A stretch of 64,000 bases of DNA from Candidatus Staskawiczbacteria bacterium (GCA_903928565.1 CAIYRH010000015.1:11569-75568); one strand, 5' to 3'; shown: positions 45,986 to 55,802, counted from the first letter of the stretch. Numbers and translations are program-made. Notes: generated by a model from the sequence alone, not told the origin.

Positions 45986-46055
45986 TCTATTTTTTATTAT
46001 TTTCTCAGGTTAACATATGTTAACCTGGCTGACAATAAGCCCACTGGATGAAGTT

Positions 46056-47759
46056 TTATGCAAATTCCTGTTGGTAGCACTGTTCACAACAAATTATTTC
46101 TGGCCGTTCTGGGGCATAAGAGCTTTCAAATACATTCTGGCAATTCGGCTTCATACATGCACGGTGCCATAATTTAGGCGGATTGCGTTTTGCTAGCCTT
46201 TCATAATGGCGACAATTAGGGCAAGAAAGCGGCAAGGGTAATTTCATGCGCTTATAAAATTGAAGTTCTTCGGGCGTTATGCGAAATGCTGTTGTGCATT
46301 GATGTAGGCATTTGCCTTCGTGCGCGCACCCAATTACTTCTTTTGTAATTGCATCGGCGACATCTATTATTTTTGACGGCACGTCATTTGTATTTAGGGT
46401 GATGGAATAATTACGCCCCTCCGTTTCTTTCCAGTAAAATCCTGCATTAATTATTTCTTGTTGTGCTAAAGGAAAAAAATCGTGAGCAACAGATTCATTA
46501 TAGGCAAAGAGAGATAATTCTGCCGGAAAGAACTCTCCATATTTATATATTCGACCGTTTTTACCATTATACGGCAGATGGTCCATTTGAATTTTAATTT
46601 TTTCAATTAGAGATGCATATTCTTCTTTTGAATATTGCTTATTCAATATACAATATTGTTTATTTCGTAGACCCACGCAACCAAACAAATAAGATGAGCT
46701 TGAACAAAAATCAGAATATTCAACATTTGTGCATTCGCCACATGTGTTTGAGAATTTGCTATGAGCCATTTTCCAAAAACCAATATATTCGTAACAAAGT
46801 TCCAGGTGTTCGCAATAATTTGTATCATGCGTGTCTTTGGCATCAATCATTCTAATGCAATGGGCGCAATCTTCTGTGCGCTTAACGTCGAAACAAGCAC
46901 GGACATTTTTTGATTGTACTAAATAATCTCCGCTAACATAAGTGCAATGAAGTGTGCGTGCGAAACGATGTGGGACTTCTTGTTTTAACGATTCAAATTT
47001 AGATTGCACTTTTCCAAATTCGTCGCGCCCGCAGTCTAAAATTTTTTCTTTCTCAATCAAATATTTTTCTTTGCTAAATGCTTGATTAAAAATGTGATAT
47101 TTTTTATTGCGCAAACCTACACAACCAATACAGTCTTGGCAATTTTTACACGCGTAACAATATAATAAATTGAGTGACGCAGAGCAGTCTTGGCAAAAAG
47201 AACAATTAGATAATTTTTCGCAATCAACACATTCGTAACAGTATTCCGATTCACGAGCTAGATATGTATCAACGCAATATTTAGACTCATAGGGCGAACC
47301 GTACATACAATTTTCTATTTCAATGGAACCAAAACATAAATAACTATCTTTTGCGTCGGCAACATAATTGCAGTAGTCGCTGTTTTTCATATTAGTACAA
47401 CGCAAATTGGGACGCGGTACTTTGTTTTGCAATTCATGCATTTGCACAAAAAATGGTTTTTCAAAATCATATTCTGCGCCATGTTGCATTGGATCCCAAC
47501 TGTCACCCCACCAACACTCCGAACAAAAAACCGGAAACGGCTTATCTGCCGAATACATTGAAATAATACCTTTTTTACAAAGTTCACATTCGCGTTTATA
47601 AAAATTACGCTCGTTGCGCACCATAAGCCTACGTTGATAGCGACATGCTGGGCAAAAAGTTGGCGCGGGAACTTTCATTTTTTCATAAAACGCAAAATCA
47701 TCGGGTTCAATAGAAAAATTATTTTGGCAGTTTTGGCATTGATGGGCTTCTTGTTGCAT
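46056..47759 (-). CDS. cysteine-rich protein with terminal zinc-ribbon modules and internal Cys-ladder repeats
   Basis: 567 aa. The N- and C-terminal modules are homologous (C..C..F.I.P..F.FY.KM..P.P..CP.CR...R...RN). Internal duplication around CVGLRNK.Y.I.N...SKE.Y. Confidence 0.7.
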   Translation of the reverse strand: MQQEAHQCQNCQNNFSIEPDDFAFYEKMKVPAPTFCPACRYQRRLMVRNERNFYKRECELCKKGIISMYSADKPFPVFCSECWWGDSWDPMQHGAEYDFEKPFFVQMHELQNKVPRPNLRCTNMKNSDYCNYVADAKDSYLCFGSIEIENCMYGSPYESKYCVDTYLARESEYCYECVDCEKLSNCSFCQDCSASLNLLYCYACKNCQDCIGCVGLRNKKYHIFNQAFSKEKYLIEKEKILDCGRDEFGKVQSKFESLKQEVPHRFARTLHCTYVSGDYLVQSKNVRACFDVKRTEDCAHCIRMIDAKDTHDTNYCEHLELCYEYIGFWKMAHSKFSNTCGECTNVEYSDFCSSSSYLFGCVGLRNKQYCILNKQYSKEEYASLIEKIKIQMDHLPYNGKNGRIYKYGEFFPAELSLFAYNESVAHDFFPLAQQEIINAGFYWKETEGRNYSITLNTNDVPSKIIDVADAITKEVIGCAHEGKCLHQCTTAFRITPEELQFYKRMKLPLPLSCPNCRHYERLAKRNPPKLWHRACMKPNCQNVFESSYAPERPEIICCEQCYQQEFA

Positions 47760-47762
47760 TTT

Positions 47763-48881
47763 TTATTCTAGCATTAGGAATTCTAAAATTTCGCGGGCAA
47801 TTGCGCGAGCGGCTAAAGGTTTTGCAAACTTTAATGCCGATTGCCCCATTTGTTCTAATTTTTCTGGGTGTAAAAATAGCAATTGAACATTTTCCATAAA
47901 AAAATTAGGAGTTAAATTTTCTTGTTCAATAACCAATCCCGTGCCAGCTTCTGTGTAGGCATAAGCATTTTTTGCTTGGTGATCACCGCCTGAAATATTT
48001 GGCAATGGCACTAAAATGCATGGTTTACCAACTGCAGCAATTTCAAAAATTGAACTTGACCCCGAACGCGAAATAATTAAATCGGCGGCTTTATAGGCGT
48101 GCTTCATTTTTTCCTCATCTAAAAATCCAACCGGGTGATAATATTTATCTAGGTCTTTGTCTTCCATAACCTGAGCTTCGGCTGAAACCTCTTTTACATT
48201 TTGACTTCCGGTAACGTGTATAACTTCGTAATTTTTTAAGAGGTCGTTTATAATTCTTAAAATAAAATCGTTAATTGTTTCGGCACCTTGCGAGCCACCT
48301 ATTACTAAAAATATTGGTTTTGAAAGGGTTAAATTGAATAGCTCAACAGCTTTGTCTTTGCTTCCTTGTAAAATTTCCGCTCTTATGGGGTTGCCAACGA
48401 GAGTTGTTGCGTTTGGGTCAAAATATTCTGTTTTAGGAAAAGAAATAAATATTTTTTTTGCCCATTTGGCGGTAATTTGGTTAGACCTGCCTGGGGCAAC
48501 ATCGGACTCGTGCACAAATACAGGAATTCTTAGCAACCAACATGGCAAAGTTACGCAAACTGAGCTTGTACCACCTTTGCTGAAAACTAAATCTGGTTTT
48601 ATGATTAGTAATAGAAAAAAACTTTGTATTACGCCAAAAGGAATTTTAAAACAAATATCTATGAAATTTTGAAATGAAAAATATCTTCTAATTTTCCCAG
48701 AAACGATTGTTTTTATTATAAAATCTTCTTGCGAAAGCAAAATTAAGCTAAACTCGTCTTTTGGACCAACGTAATAAAATTGTAAATCTTTTTTTGGATA
48801 AATTCTTCTTATTTCACGGGCAATGGAAACTAAAGGAAGAATGTGTCCGGCAGAACCTCCGCCAGTAAATAATAATTTCAT
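47763..48881 (-). CDS. murG: undecaprenyldiphospho-muramoylpentapeptide beta-N-acetylglucosaminyltransferase
   Basis: TGGGSAGHILP, GGSQGA. Confidence 0.9.
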   Translation of the reverse strand: MKLLFTGGGSAGHILPLVSIAREIRRIYPKKDLQFYYVGPKDEFSLILLSQEDFIIKTIVSGKIRRYFSFQNFIDICFKIPFGVIQSFFLLLIIKPDLVFSKGGTSSVCVTLPCWLLRIPVFVHESDVAPGRSNQITAKWAKKIFISFPKTEYFDPNATTLVGNPIRAEILQGSKDKAVELFNLTLSKPIFLVIGGSQGAETINDFILRIINDLLKNYEVIHVTGSQNVKEVSAEAQVMEDKDLDKYYHPVGFLDEEKMKHAYKAADLIISRSGSSSIFEIAAVGKPCILVPLPNISGGDHQAKNAYAYTEAGTGLVIEQENLTPNFFMENVQLLFLHPEKLEQMGQSALKFAKPLAARAIAREILEFLMLE

Positions 48882-48883
48882 AA

Positions 48884-50011
48884 TTATGTTGTATTTTTAG
48901 AAATATTTAATAAAAGCCCCATACCAATTAATTCAACGGCCAAGTGCGTGCCACCATAAGAAAAAAATGGCAATGGAATGCCTGCCAGCGGGAAAACTCC
49001 TGCAACTGAAGCCATATTAACAAATGCTTGAAGAGTTATCCATGACACAATGCCCGTTGCAACCATTTGAGAAAATTTGTCGTTTGAATTTTTAGCAATT
49101 TTAATTCCTTGCCAAATTAATAAAGCAAATGCAGTAATTAAAACAATGCAACCAATCATGCCCAATTCTTCACCAATTATTGCAAAAATGGAATCAGACA
49201 TAGACATGGGCAAAATAGATTTTAACGTTGACATTCCCAGGCCTTTTCCAAAAAAACCGCCAGAGCCCAAAGAAAGCAACGATTGGCGAAGTTGCAACCC
49301 TTTGCCAAGTGGATCGGTGTTTGGGTGCAAAAAAATTAATAAACGGGCTGCGCGGTAAGGTTCGAATTTTATGAACAAAAAAGCCAAAACAGCTCCGCCG
49401 GTCATTAACAAAATTGTATGCCATAAAGGAGTTTTTGCCGAAAAATAAATTGCAAGCAAGGTCAGCGTAATTATGCCAAGAGTACTTAAATCGCTTTGCA
49501 TAATTAAAACAGACGCAATTAATCCCAAAAAAACAATGAAAGGTACAAGAATGTATATTATGTTATGATAACCTTTTTTTGTTATGGATTTCCAGTCTGA
49601 AGCACTGTTTTCCGACAATTTTGAGGCAATCCATGCCGACAAGTACAAAATTGCTGTTATTTTTAAAAATTCCGATGGTTGAAAACTTAAACTGCCAATT
49701 CCAATCCACCTGCTAGCACCGCCAGATTTAGAGCCAATTCCAGGTATAAATGCTAGTGACAGGGCCAAAATATTTAAAATAACTAATAAGGGCGCCCATT
49801 TTTTTATTAATTGTAAAGAAATTGTAAAAGCAATCAAACCTAAAACTATTCCAGGCAACAGCCCTGAAAGTAATTGGTGAATTAAATAATAATTAGTGTT
49901 GCCAAACCTTTGCAATGAATCTGGTGCCGAAAGACAAACCAAAAATATAAAACTAAAACCCACCAAGAATATTATTAAAGACAATAAAAAATAATTAATT
50001 TTTCCTTTCAT
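48884..50011 (-). CDS. ftsW: SEDS-family peptidoglycan polymerase FtsW/RodA
   Basis: 10-TM profile, FQPSEF, DSIFAIIGEELG, PLPFFSYGG. Confidence 0.9.
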   Translation of the reverse strand: MKGKINYFLLSLIIFLVGFSFIFLVCLSAPDSLQRFGNTNYYLIHQLLSGLLPGIVLGLIAFTISLQLIKKWAPLLVILNILALSLAFIPGIGSKSGGASRWIGIGSLSFQPSEFLKITAILYLSAWIASKLSENSASDWKSITKKGYHNIIYILVPFIVFLGLIASVLIMQSDLSTLGIITLTLLAIYFSAKTPLWHTILLMTGGAVLAFLFIKFEPYRAARLLIFLHPNTDPLGKGLQLRQSLLSLGSGGFFGKGLGMSTLKSILPMSMSDSIFAIIGEELGMIGCIVLITAFALLIWQGIKIAKNSNDKFSQMVATGIVSWITLQAFVNMASVAGVFPLAGIPLPFFSYGGTHLAVELIGMGLLLNISKNTT

Positions 50012-50016
50012 ATTTA

Positions 50017-51333
50017 TTACTTAGATAACTTTTTGACTGCTTCTACAAACTGCGCCCCCCTGTCAAATTCGTTTTTAAATAGATTAAAACTTGCGGCGCC
50101 CGGAGAAAGTATAACCACGTCATTCTTTTTTGCTAATTTTTTCGCAGTTTTAACTGCTTCTTGCATAGACATAACTTCATGCAACCTAGTGTATCCACCC
50201 AACTCTTCTTTTATTTTATCAGATGCTGTGCCAGGTAGCATAATAATTTCATCAACGCGCTCTCTAATTACTTCAGCCATATCGCTGTATTTTAAACCTT
50301 TGTTTTGCCCACCACAAATTAAAATTAATCGTGAGTTTGGAAAATTATTTATAAAAGCATGTACCGCCGTTATAACCGCTTCTGGCATTGTAGCTGTGGT
50401 GTCGTTAAAGTATTTTACACCGCTAACCTCCTTAATAAACTCCTGACGGCTGGGAACCCCCGTAAAAGTTTTTAGAGACTTCTCAATTTCTGCGGGAGAT
50501 ATATTTAATAATTTTGCGACTTCAACAGCTGCCGAAAGATTATATAAATTGTGTTCACCAAATAATTTAAAATTATCCAATTTAATTTCAGAATTTTTAG
50601 GTGAAGAAAAAATAACTTTTGATTTTGCGTTTTTGGAAAATTCCTGAGCAAGCGGGTCATCGTCATTTAATATCAAATAATTATTACTGTTTTGATATTT
50701 AAAAATTATTTTTTTAGCTTTTATGTATTCTGACATATTGCCATATCTGTTAAGGTGGTCGGGCAAAATGTTGGTAATTACGGCTATGTCTGGGCTTTGG
50801 GTTAAATCTTCTAATTCAAAACTAGACAGCTCTAAAACCACCCTGTCGCCCTCTTTAACATCCAGCAAAATTTCTAGTGGCGAAACGCCAATGTTGCCAA
50901 CTAAAAAAGTTCTTTGATATTTTTGTTTTAAAATATGATAAATTAGTGAAGCGGTTGTAGATTTTCCTTTTGTGCCCGTAACGCCTATGGTTAAAGCTTT
51001 GGCAGTTTTAAAAAACAAACTTACGTCTGTTTCAATTGGAATATTTTTTTTTCTGGCAATTTCTAAATACGGCGAAGTGCCGGGGACATCTGGATTTTTA
51101 ATAATTAAGTCAGCCCAAATAAAATCGGCCTCTTCGTGACGTCCTAAAATAAATTTTATATTTAACCCTTTTAATTTTTTTACTGATGCGTCTAGTTTCT
51201 GCTCAGTTTTTAAATCAGTAACTAAAACTTCTGCGCCTTGTTTGCAAAAAAACCTGGCTACTCCAACTCCTCCGCCATGCAGCCCCAAACCCATAATTAA
51301 GATTTTTTTATTTTTAAATTGATTTTTTGACAT
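50017..51333 (-). CDS. murD: UDP-N-acetylmuramoylalanine--D-glutamate ligase
   Basis: GLGLHGGGVGVARF, GVTGTKGKSTT. The ATG at 51333 is preferred because the longer ORF runs through a terminator and the neighbouring gene. Confidence 0.9.
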   Translation of the reverse strand: MSKNQFKNKKILIMGLGLHGGGVGVARFFCKQGAEVLVTDLKTEQKLDASVKKLKGLNIKFILGRHEEADFIWADLIIKNPDVPGTSPYLEIARKKNIPIETDVSLFFKTAKALTIGVTGTKGKSTTASLIYHILKQKYQRTFLVGNIGVSPLEILLDVKEGDRVVLELSSFELEDLTQSPDIAVITNILPDHLNRYGNMSEYIKAKKIIFKYQNSNNYLILNDDDPLAQEFSKNAKSKVIFSSPKNSEIKLDNFKLFGEHNLYNLSAAVEVAKLLNISPAEIEKSLKTFTGVPSRQEFIKEVSGVKYFNDTTATMPEAVITAVHAFINNFPNSRLILICGGQNKGLKYSDMAEVIRERVDEIIMLPGTASDKIKEELGGYTRLHEVMSMQEAVKTAKKLAKKNDVVILSPGAASFNLFKNEFDRGAQFVEAVKKLSK

Positions 51334-51365
51334 TGTATAATATTGAATTATAGCAAATTTTGGGG

Positions 51366-51398
51366 TTAAATCAAACCGCCCCCTTTTTATGGGGGCGG
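51366..51398 (-). terminator. rho-independent terminator after the surface-protein gene
   Basis: CCGCCCCC-7 nt-GGGGGCGG followed on the minus strand by TTTGATTT. Confidence 0.7.
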
Positions 51399-51412
51399 AG
51401 TTTGGAATATTT

Positions 51413-52903
51413 TTAGTTTTCCGAGGAAAGGCGTCTAAATACAATGATAAACAGAAATACCAGCACAAGAGCCACCAAAATCCAAATGTACCATTTCTTA
51501 ATAAAACCCCAGAAGCCACTTGTGGCTGCGTTTGCCGATGCAACTGATGCTGTAGGCTGGCTTGGGTTAAGATTTATTGAGATAGAATCTGACTGTGTGG
51601 CGCCCGAGGCCGAAATTGTTGCCACAGCAGGCTTTGCTGCCGTAGTTGAAATTGTTTGAGTTTTACCTTCAAACGTTACTGGTTTTGTACTAGATGGAGC
51701 AAGAGACCCAATGTTTATGCCCGAAACAATATCTCCAGAAACTGGGACTCCATTAAGCTGAACATTCCCCAAAGAAGAAATTTCTGTTGGAATGTTTGCA
51801 GAAATTACAACGTTATCAATTTGAGCCGTTGAATTATTTGTTGCGGTTACCATGAAATAAATTTGGCTGCTAGAACCCACTTGAGCAGTTTTTTGCCATT
51901 GGGTTGAATTTGCATCTTGTTTTGCAAAGAAAGTAATTGCTAATCCGCTGGACACATTTATTTTACAATCGGCAGGGCAATTGGCATTTGTTTCGTTTAA
52001 TGTAGTTTCACAAAGTCCGTTTCCGCAAACATATTGCACTGACGGTGTAATTGGACCAGCTGGCGTGGTAGGTTGTGTTTGTGAGCAATATTTATTGTAA
52101 TCTGCCGAACCCGAAGTACAGGTTGAACCGTCGCATTTTAGTACATTTGAGCACTTATTGCCCGAGCACGAGTCTATTGTGCAGTTATTACTGTCATTGC
52201 ATCTTTTATAAATTCCGCTTTCTGCACCTAAATTATCAAACCAGTTTATTGAATTGCCATAACAGGCAGTTTTGTAATGTGCCACATAATTGTTGGCCGG
52301 TTGGACCGGAGGCAAAACAGGATTATAAATGTAAGCTGCGCATTGCCCATACTGACAGGTTTGCCCACCCGAGCAACTGTAATAAATGTCTTGTTGTGTG
52401 CCACAAGAATCATACCAGTAAATATTATTACCAGAGCATTGTTTGTAGGCGTGATAAGTGCAATTGCTATAGTTGTTGTAATTATTATAGTTGTAATTAT
52501 TATAATTTTGGCATGAGTTACTGTAGCAACCGTTAGTGCAATATTGCGATAAATCTTGCTGATTACCGCAAGAATCGTACCAATATAGGTTGTTTCCGTT
52601 ACACCTTTGGAATGAATGGTATGTGCAATTATTATAGTTATTGTTGTAATTATTGTTGTAATTTTGGCAGACATTATTGTAACATCCATTAGAGCAATAT
52701 TGTGCTACATCTTGTAAATTATTACAAGAATCATACCAATACATATTGCCGTTACTACACATTTGGTATGAATGGTTTGTACAGCCGTAATATAATGCAT
52801 TTGCAATGCCTGGCGTAAACAACGTCAAAACTAGCATTGCTGTTAAGAAGATGCCTCCAACTATTAGTTTACTTGTAATTTGTGTATACATGTTATTTGA
52901 CAT
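51413..52903 (-). CDS. Cys-rich repeat surface protein with a C-terminal TM anchor
   Basis: Signal/anchor N-terminus. About 3.5 repeats of C.YH.Y..C.GNN.YWYDSCG.QQD..YC..GC....C separated by N/Y linkers. The C-terminus is hydrophobic. Confidence 0.75.
   Translation of the reverse strand: MSNNMYTQITSKLIVGGIFLTAMLVLTLFTPGIANALYYGCTNHSYQMCSNGNMYWYDSCNNLQDVAQYCSNGCYNNVCQNYNNNYNNNYNNCTYHSFQRCNGNNLYWYDSCGNQQDLSQYCTNGCYSNSCQNYNNYNYNNYNNYSNCTYHAYKQCSGNNIYWYDSCGTQQDIYYSCSGGQTCQYGQCAAYIYNPVLPPVQPANNYVAHYKTACYGNSINWFDNLGAESGIYKRCNDSNNCTIDSCSGNKCSNVLKCDGSTCTSGSADYNKYCSQTQPTTPAGPITPSVQYVCGNGLCETTLNETNANCPADCKINVSSGLAITFFAKQDANSTQWQKTAQVGSSSQIYFMVTATNNSTAQIDNVVISANIPTEISSLGNVQLNGVPVSGDIVSGINIGSLAPSSTKPVTFEGKTQTISTTAAKPAVATISASGATQSDSISINLNPSQPTASVASANAATSGFWGFIKKWYIWILVALVLVFLFIIVFRRLSSEN
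52334..52783 (-). repeat. tandem ~150-bp coding repeats with AAT/TAT-rich (Asn/Tyr) linkers
   Basis: Repeat units at aa 41-92, 93-147 and 148-190 of the surface protein. Confidence 0.8.
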
Positions 52904-52956
52904 AAAAATAATTAATACAATACTATACCATTTGCCATAAATGGCGTCAATATAAT

Positions 52957-53688
52957 TTAACTATTTTGCAGTTCAGCTTGAATGGTAATTCTTTGGTAAT
53001 CTTTTCCCGGTGGCCAGCAACTAATTAAAGTTAAAACGTTATTCTGCGCAGAGGCCGAATCAACAGGCACTTCGGCGCCTCTTTTAATGATTGTTTTTTG
53101 TTTGACTATATAGGTATATTGTTTGTTATTTAGATCAATAAGAATGGAGTCACCCACTGTTAAATTGTCTATGTTGCTGAAAACACCAATTCTTTCTCTG
53201 TCTGGCCAACCGGGGGGTGCCGAGTGACCTAAAATAACAATTTGGCCTATTTGCCCAGGGTAAACTGAGCCCGGGTAGTATACAACACCCGAGCTTAAGT
53301 CTTTTTCAAGGGCTGAAATTTTAGTGCTGCTTGAAAAAATAATTGGTACAGACACGGAAATTTTAGGAATTTCAAGAGTGCTTTGTTTGTCTGTAAAATT
53401 TGTTTTTACAACTGGTTGGGCCTGCGTCTGCGCTTGGGCTAATTGAACAGTTGGAGTGGCTGCCACCTGTTGTGCAACCGCCACATTTTCACTATGATTG
53501 GGATAAAAATAGACGTTTATGGTTGAAGCATCAATTGATGGATAGGGATTAAAAAAATCACTGACAATACCATAAACCTCTTTGTAATTAAAAAGCCATG
53601 AAATGTCAGTCCAGTTAATGACGGCGAAGCTTGCCAAATATAGCAATACGGCAACCTTCAATATTTTTTTTGCGCTTTTATTTTCCAT
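52957..53688 (-). CDS. sortase-family transpeptidase
   Basis: N-terminal anchor, VILGHS (His), LTLISCWP (TLxTC Cys), and a downstream Arg. Confidence 0.8.
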   Translation of the reverse strand: MENKSAKKILKVAVLLYLASFAVINWTDISWLFNYKEVYGIVSDFFNPYPSIDASTINVYFYPNHSENVAVAQQVAATPTVQLAQAQTQAQPVVKTNFTDKQSTLEIPKISVSVPIIFSSSTKISALEKDLSSGVVYYPGSVYPGQIGQIVILGHSAPPGWPDRERIGVFSNIDNLTVGDSILIDLNNKQYTYIVKQKTIIKRGAEVPVDSASAQNNVLTLISCWPPGKDYQRITIQAELQNS

Positions 53689-53690
53689 GT

Positions 53691-54788
53691 TTAAATGAAT
53701 ATTTGATGAGGAATAATTGAAATTATTGCTTCTCTGTTGATAAGTGTAGCCACTGAAAGTAAAACTAATATTAACACCGACCTAAAAACAAGTTGTTTTT
53801 TAAAACTAATATGAAAATTGAAAAATATTAAAGATAATAAAATACCAATTACTACTAGCGAAATTCCATAAATAATGTCTTGTATCCAAGCCTCGTGATT
53901 ATATAAAACTGAATTCATTAACTTAGATGACAAATTGTTTAAAGCAAGACCGTTGGGAGCTTCAATGGCACCCTGAGATTCTGTAGATTGCGATAACACC
54001 TTTTCACCGGAAACTACTGTAACTGTTTGAGTATTTGTGCCTTCTGTGTTGCTAACCTGGGTTTCAGTTGTTTGAGTGTTTGTGGCCTTGTTGTTTGTTA
54101 CTTGCGTGTTGGTTGTTTGGGTATTGTTTGTTTTAGTGTTGGTTGTTACAAGCGGTTTTGAAGCATTATTGTTTTTTTGCGCAACTGTTTTTGCGGGTAA
54201 TTGGCTGCCAAATTCTTGCACAACCACAATTGTATTGTTGGGGCCAAATCCATCTAAAACGGCCGTGCCCACTTCTGTGTAATTTGGGTTTACTATGTTG
54301 GCTTTGTGAGATGCACTGTTTAACCAAGCATTATAAACTTCTTGTGAGTCAAAAAAACCAATTGCTAAATTCTCGCCAGCATATTTATAATTATAACCTG
54401 CCTTAACAAACCAAAACCATGGTGAAATTCCGCTGGGACTAGTGTGGTTAAAATAATTATTCTGCACCATATTTTGCGCTTTTAATTGAGCGGCTTGGTC
54501 TAACTTTGAATTTTGTGCTAATGGCTTTAATCCTATTGATTGCCTTGTTTGATTAACAAAATTTTCTAAAGTTGATTCGGTAATATTTGCAAAGAACACA
54601 TTATAAGGCAGGTTTATGGTAATAAAGGTTGTGGTAATTTTTAGTACTAAAAGCAACACTACCCCATACATCAAAAATTTGCTCTGCAAAAATCTTGATT
54701 TGTAGCCGTTGTCTTCCGTTGGTAAAACAAAGTATTTTACCTTGTTAGAAATGTAATTTATTGGGTTGCCTCCTAATGAGTAATCCAT
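53691..54788 (-). CDS. CAP/SCP (PR-1-like) domain protein with a Thr/Asn/Gln-rich linker and C-terminal TM segments
   Basis: YFNHTSPSG, YAGENLA, SASHKANI. Low-complexity TNTQ repeats at about 54014-54173. Confidence 0.8.
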   Translation of the reverse strand: MDYSLGGNPINYISNKVKYFVLPTEDNGYKSRFLQSKFLMYGVVLLLVLKITTTFITINLPYNVFFANITESTLENFVNQTRQSIGLKPLAQNSKLDQAAQLKAQNMVQNNYFNHTSPSGISPWFWFVKAGYNYKYAGENLAIGFFDSQEVYNAWLNSASHKANIVNPNYTEVGTAVLDGFGPNNTIVVVQEFGSQLPAKTVAQKNNNASKPLVTTNTKTNNTQTTNTQVTNNKATNTQTTETQVSNTEGTNTQTVTVVSGEKVLSQSTESQGAIEAPNGLALNNLSSKLMNSVLYNHEAWIQDIIYGISLVVIGILLSLIFFNFHISFKKQLVFRSVLILVLLSVATLINREAIISIIPHQIFI

Positions 54789-54844
54789 ACTCTAATAATA
54801 CATCAATAATAGTACTTTGTCAAGCATAAACCGGCGGCCAAAGA

Positions 54845-55702
54845 TTAGCCACCACAAGTGCTGTTATCGCATACAATTGCCCTATCTTTGGGCCGTAAAT
54901 CGATGTACCGGAGATTTTTCATGCTATCGGCGGATAATCCCCCGTTTAGCAATAACCCTAATTTTTTAAGTTGAGAATCTATATCAAAATTGGGACTTAA
55001 ATCAAAATAAATTTTCCAATTCTTTCCAGTGTCTACGTCCATTCGTATTGGACTGGTAATTAGTGCGTCAGTAATGTTAATTTGAAGATTATTTTTTAGG
55101 CTTTGTTGAATTTTATAAATTGTGGTTGCAATATTTGTCTGCAAAACTTTCTGCCCCGCCACTGGCAAGCCTGTAGCCATGTTCTGTCGCACAATAGTGG
55201 CGTCTGCGGGCAAAGTAAACTGCTGTTCAAAAACAACTCCATTTTGATCAATGAGATAGCACAAATTATTAGTTGTGCCGTTTGCACAATATATTCCAAA
55301 TGGCCGACGTTCTTCTATGTGTAGTGTTAAGGTCTGCGGTAAACTCTTGTTTAGTGTTAGGCTTTTAATTTCTGGGTATTTTATTAAAATGTCTTTGGTT
55401 ATTTTGTTTTTATTTATTAAGAAAATGCTTTTTGAAACCACTTTTATGTTTAACAAACTAATTAAGCCAGTATTAGAATCTGTGGAAATAATGTTTTGCA
55501 AGTTTTGAGTTGGCACCTTGTTATTTCCAGACACATTTATGCTTTTTAACTGAAACCCAGGATAAAATAAGATAAAATAAAGCCCAGCCAATATAACCAC
55601 TAAACATAGCAGTGAAACCCAAACCCACACCATTTTGAATGGAGACTTTTTAGGCTTTATGCCTCGTAATTTCGATTTTATGTGTGTTTTTCTATAAGAC
55701 AT
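54845..55702 (-). CDS. ftsQ: cell division protein FtsQ (POTRA)
   Basis: TM segment followed by POTRA (FQLKSINVSGNNKV). The ATG at 55702 was chosen. An in-frame upstream ATG at 55837 would read through the palindromic element. Confidence 0.75.
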   Translation of the reverse strand: MSYRKTHIKSKLRGIKPKKSPFKMVWVWVSLLCLVVILAGLYFILFYPGFQLKSINVSGNNKVPTQNLQNIISTDSNTGLISLLNIKVVSKSIFLINKNKITKDILIKYPEIKSLTLNKSLPQTLTLHIEERRPFGIYCANGTTNNLCYLIDQNGVVFEQQFTLPADATIVRQNMATGLPVAGQKVLQTNIATTIYKIQQSLKNNLQINITDALITSPIRMDVDTGKNWKIYFDLSPNFDIDSQLKKLGLLLNGGLSADSMKNLRYIDLRPKDRAIVCDNSTCGG

Positions 55703-55709
55703 TTTGCGA

Positions 55710-55791
55710 GGAAACAAACTTTTTGAAGGCCCAGGTCGACTTGCCCGTAGAGGCAAAGCGAGTTCCTGCTTGCCGAAAAAAGTTTGTTTCC
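55710..55791. repeat. 82-nt element with 15/16-bp terminal inverted repeats and a GC-rich core
   Basis: GGAAACAAACTTTTTG ... AAAAAAGTTTGTTTCC. The core contains CTTGCC/GGCAAAG/CTTGCCGAA, which allows alternative pairings. Confidence 0.8.
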
Positions 55792-55802
55792 GAGTAGCAG
55801 AA

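Noticed and set aside
51334-51543. A 70-codon N-terminal extension of murD, as given in the ORF track (start at 51543).
   Set aside because: The extension runs through a strong terminator hairpin and overlaps the 3' end of the surface-protein gene. The conserved MurD N-terminus (KILIMGLGLHGGG) begins just after the ATG at 51333.
52075-52689. Repetitive DNA, considered as a possible CRISPR-like or satellite array, together with the ORFs 52075-52536, 52246-52689 and 52277-52516.
   Set aside because: The repeats are in-frame coding repeats (Cys-rich units plus Asn/Tyr linkers) of the 51413-52903 gene. There is no repeat-spacer periodicity, and the extra ORFs are low-complexity shadows.
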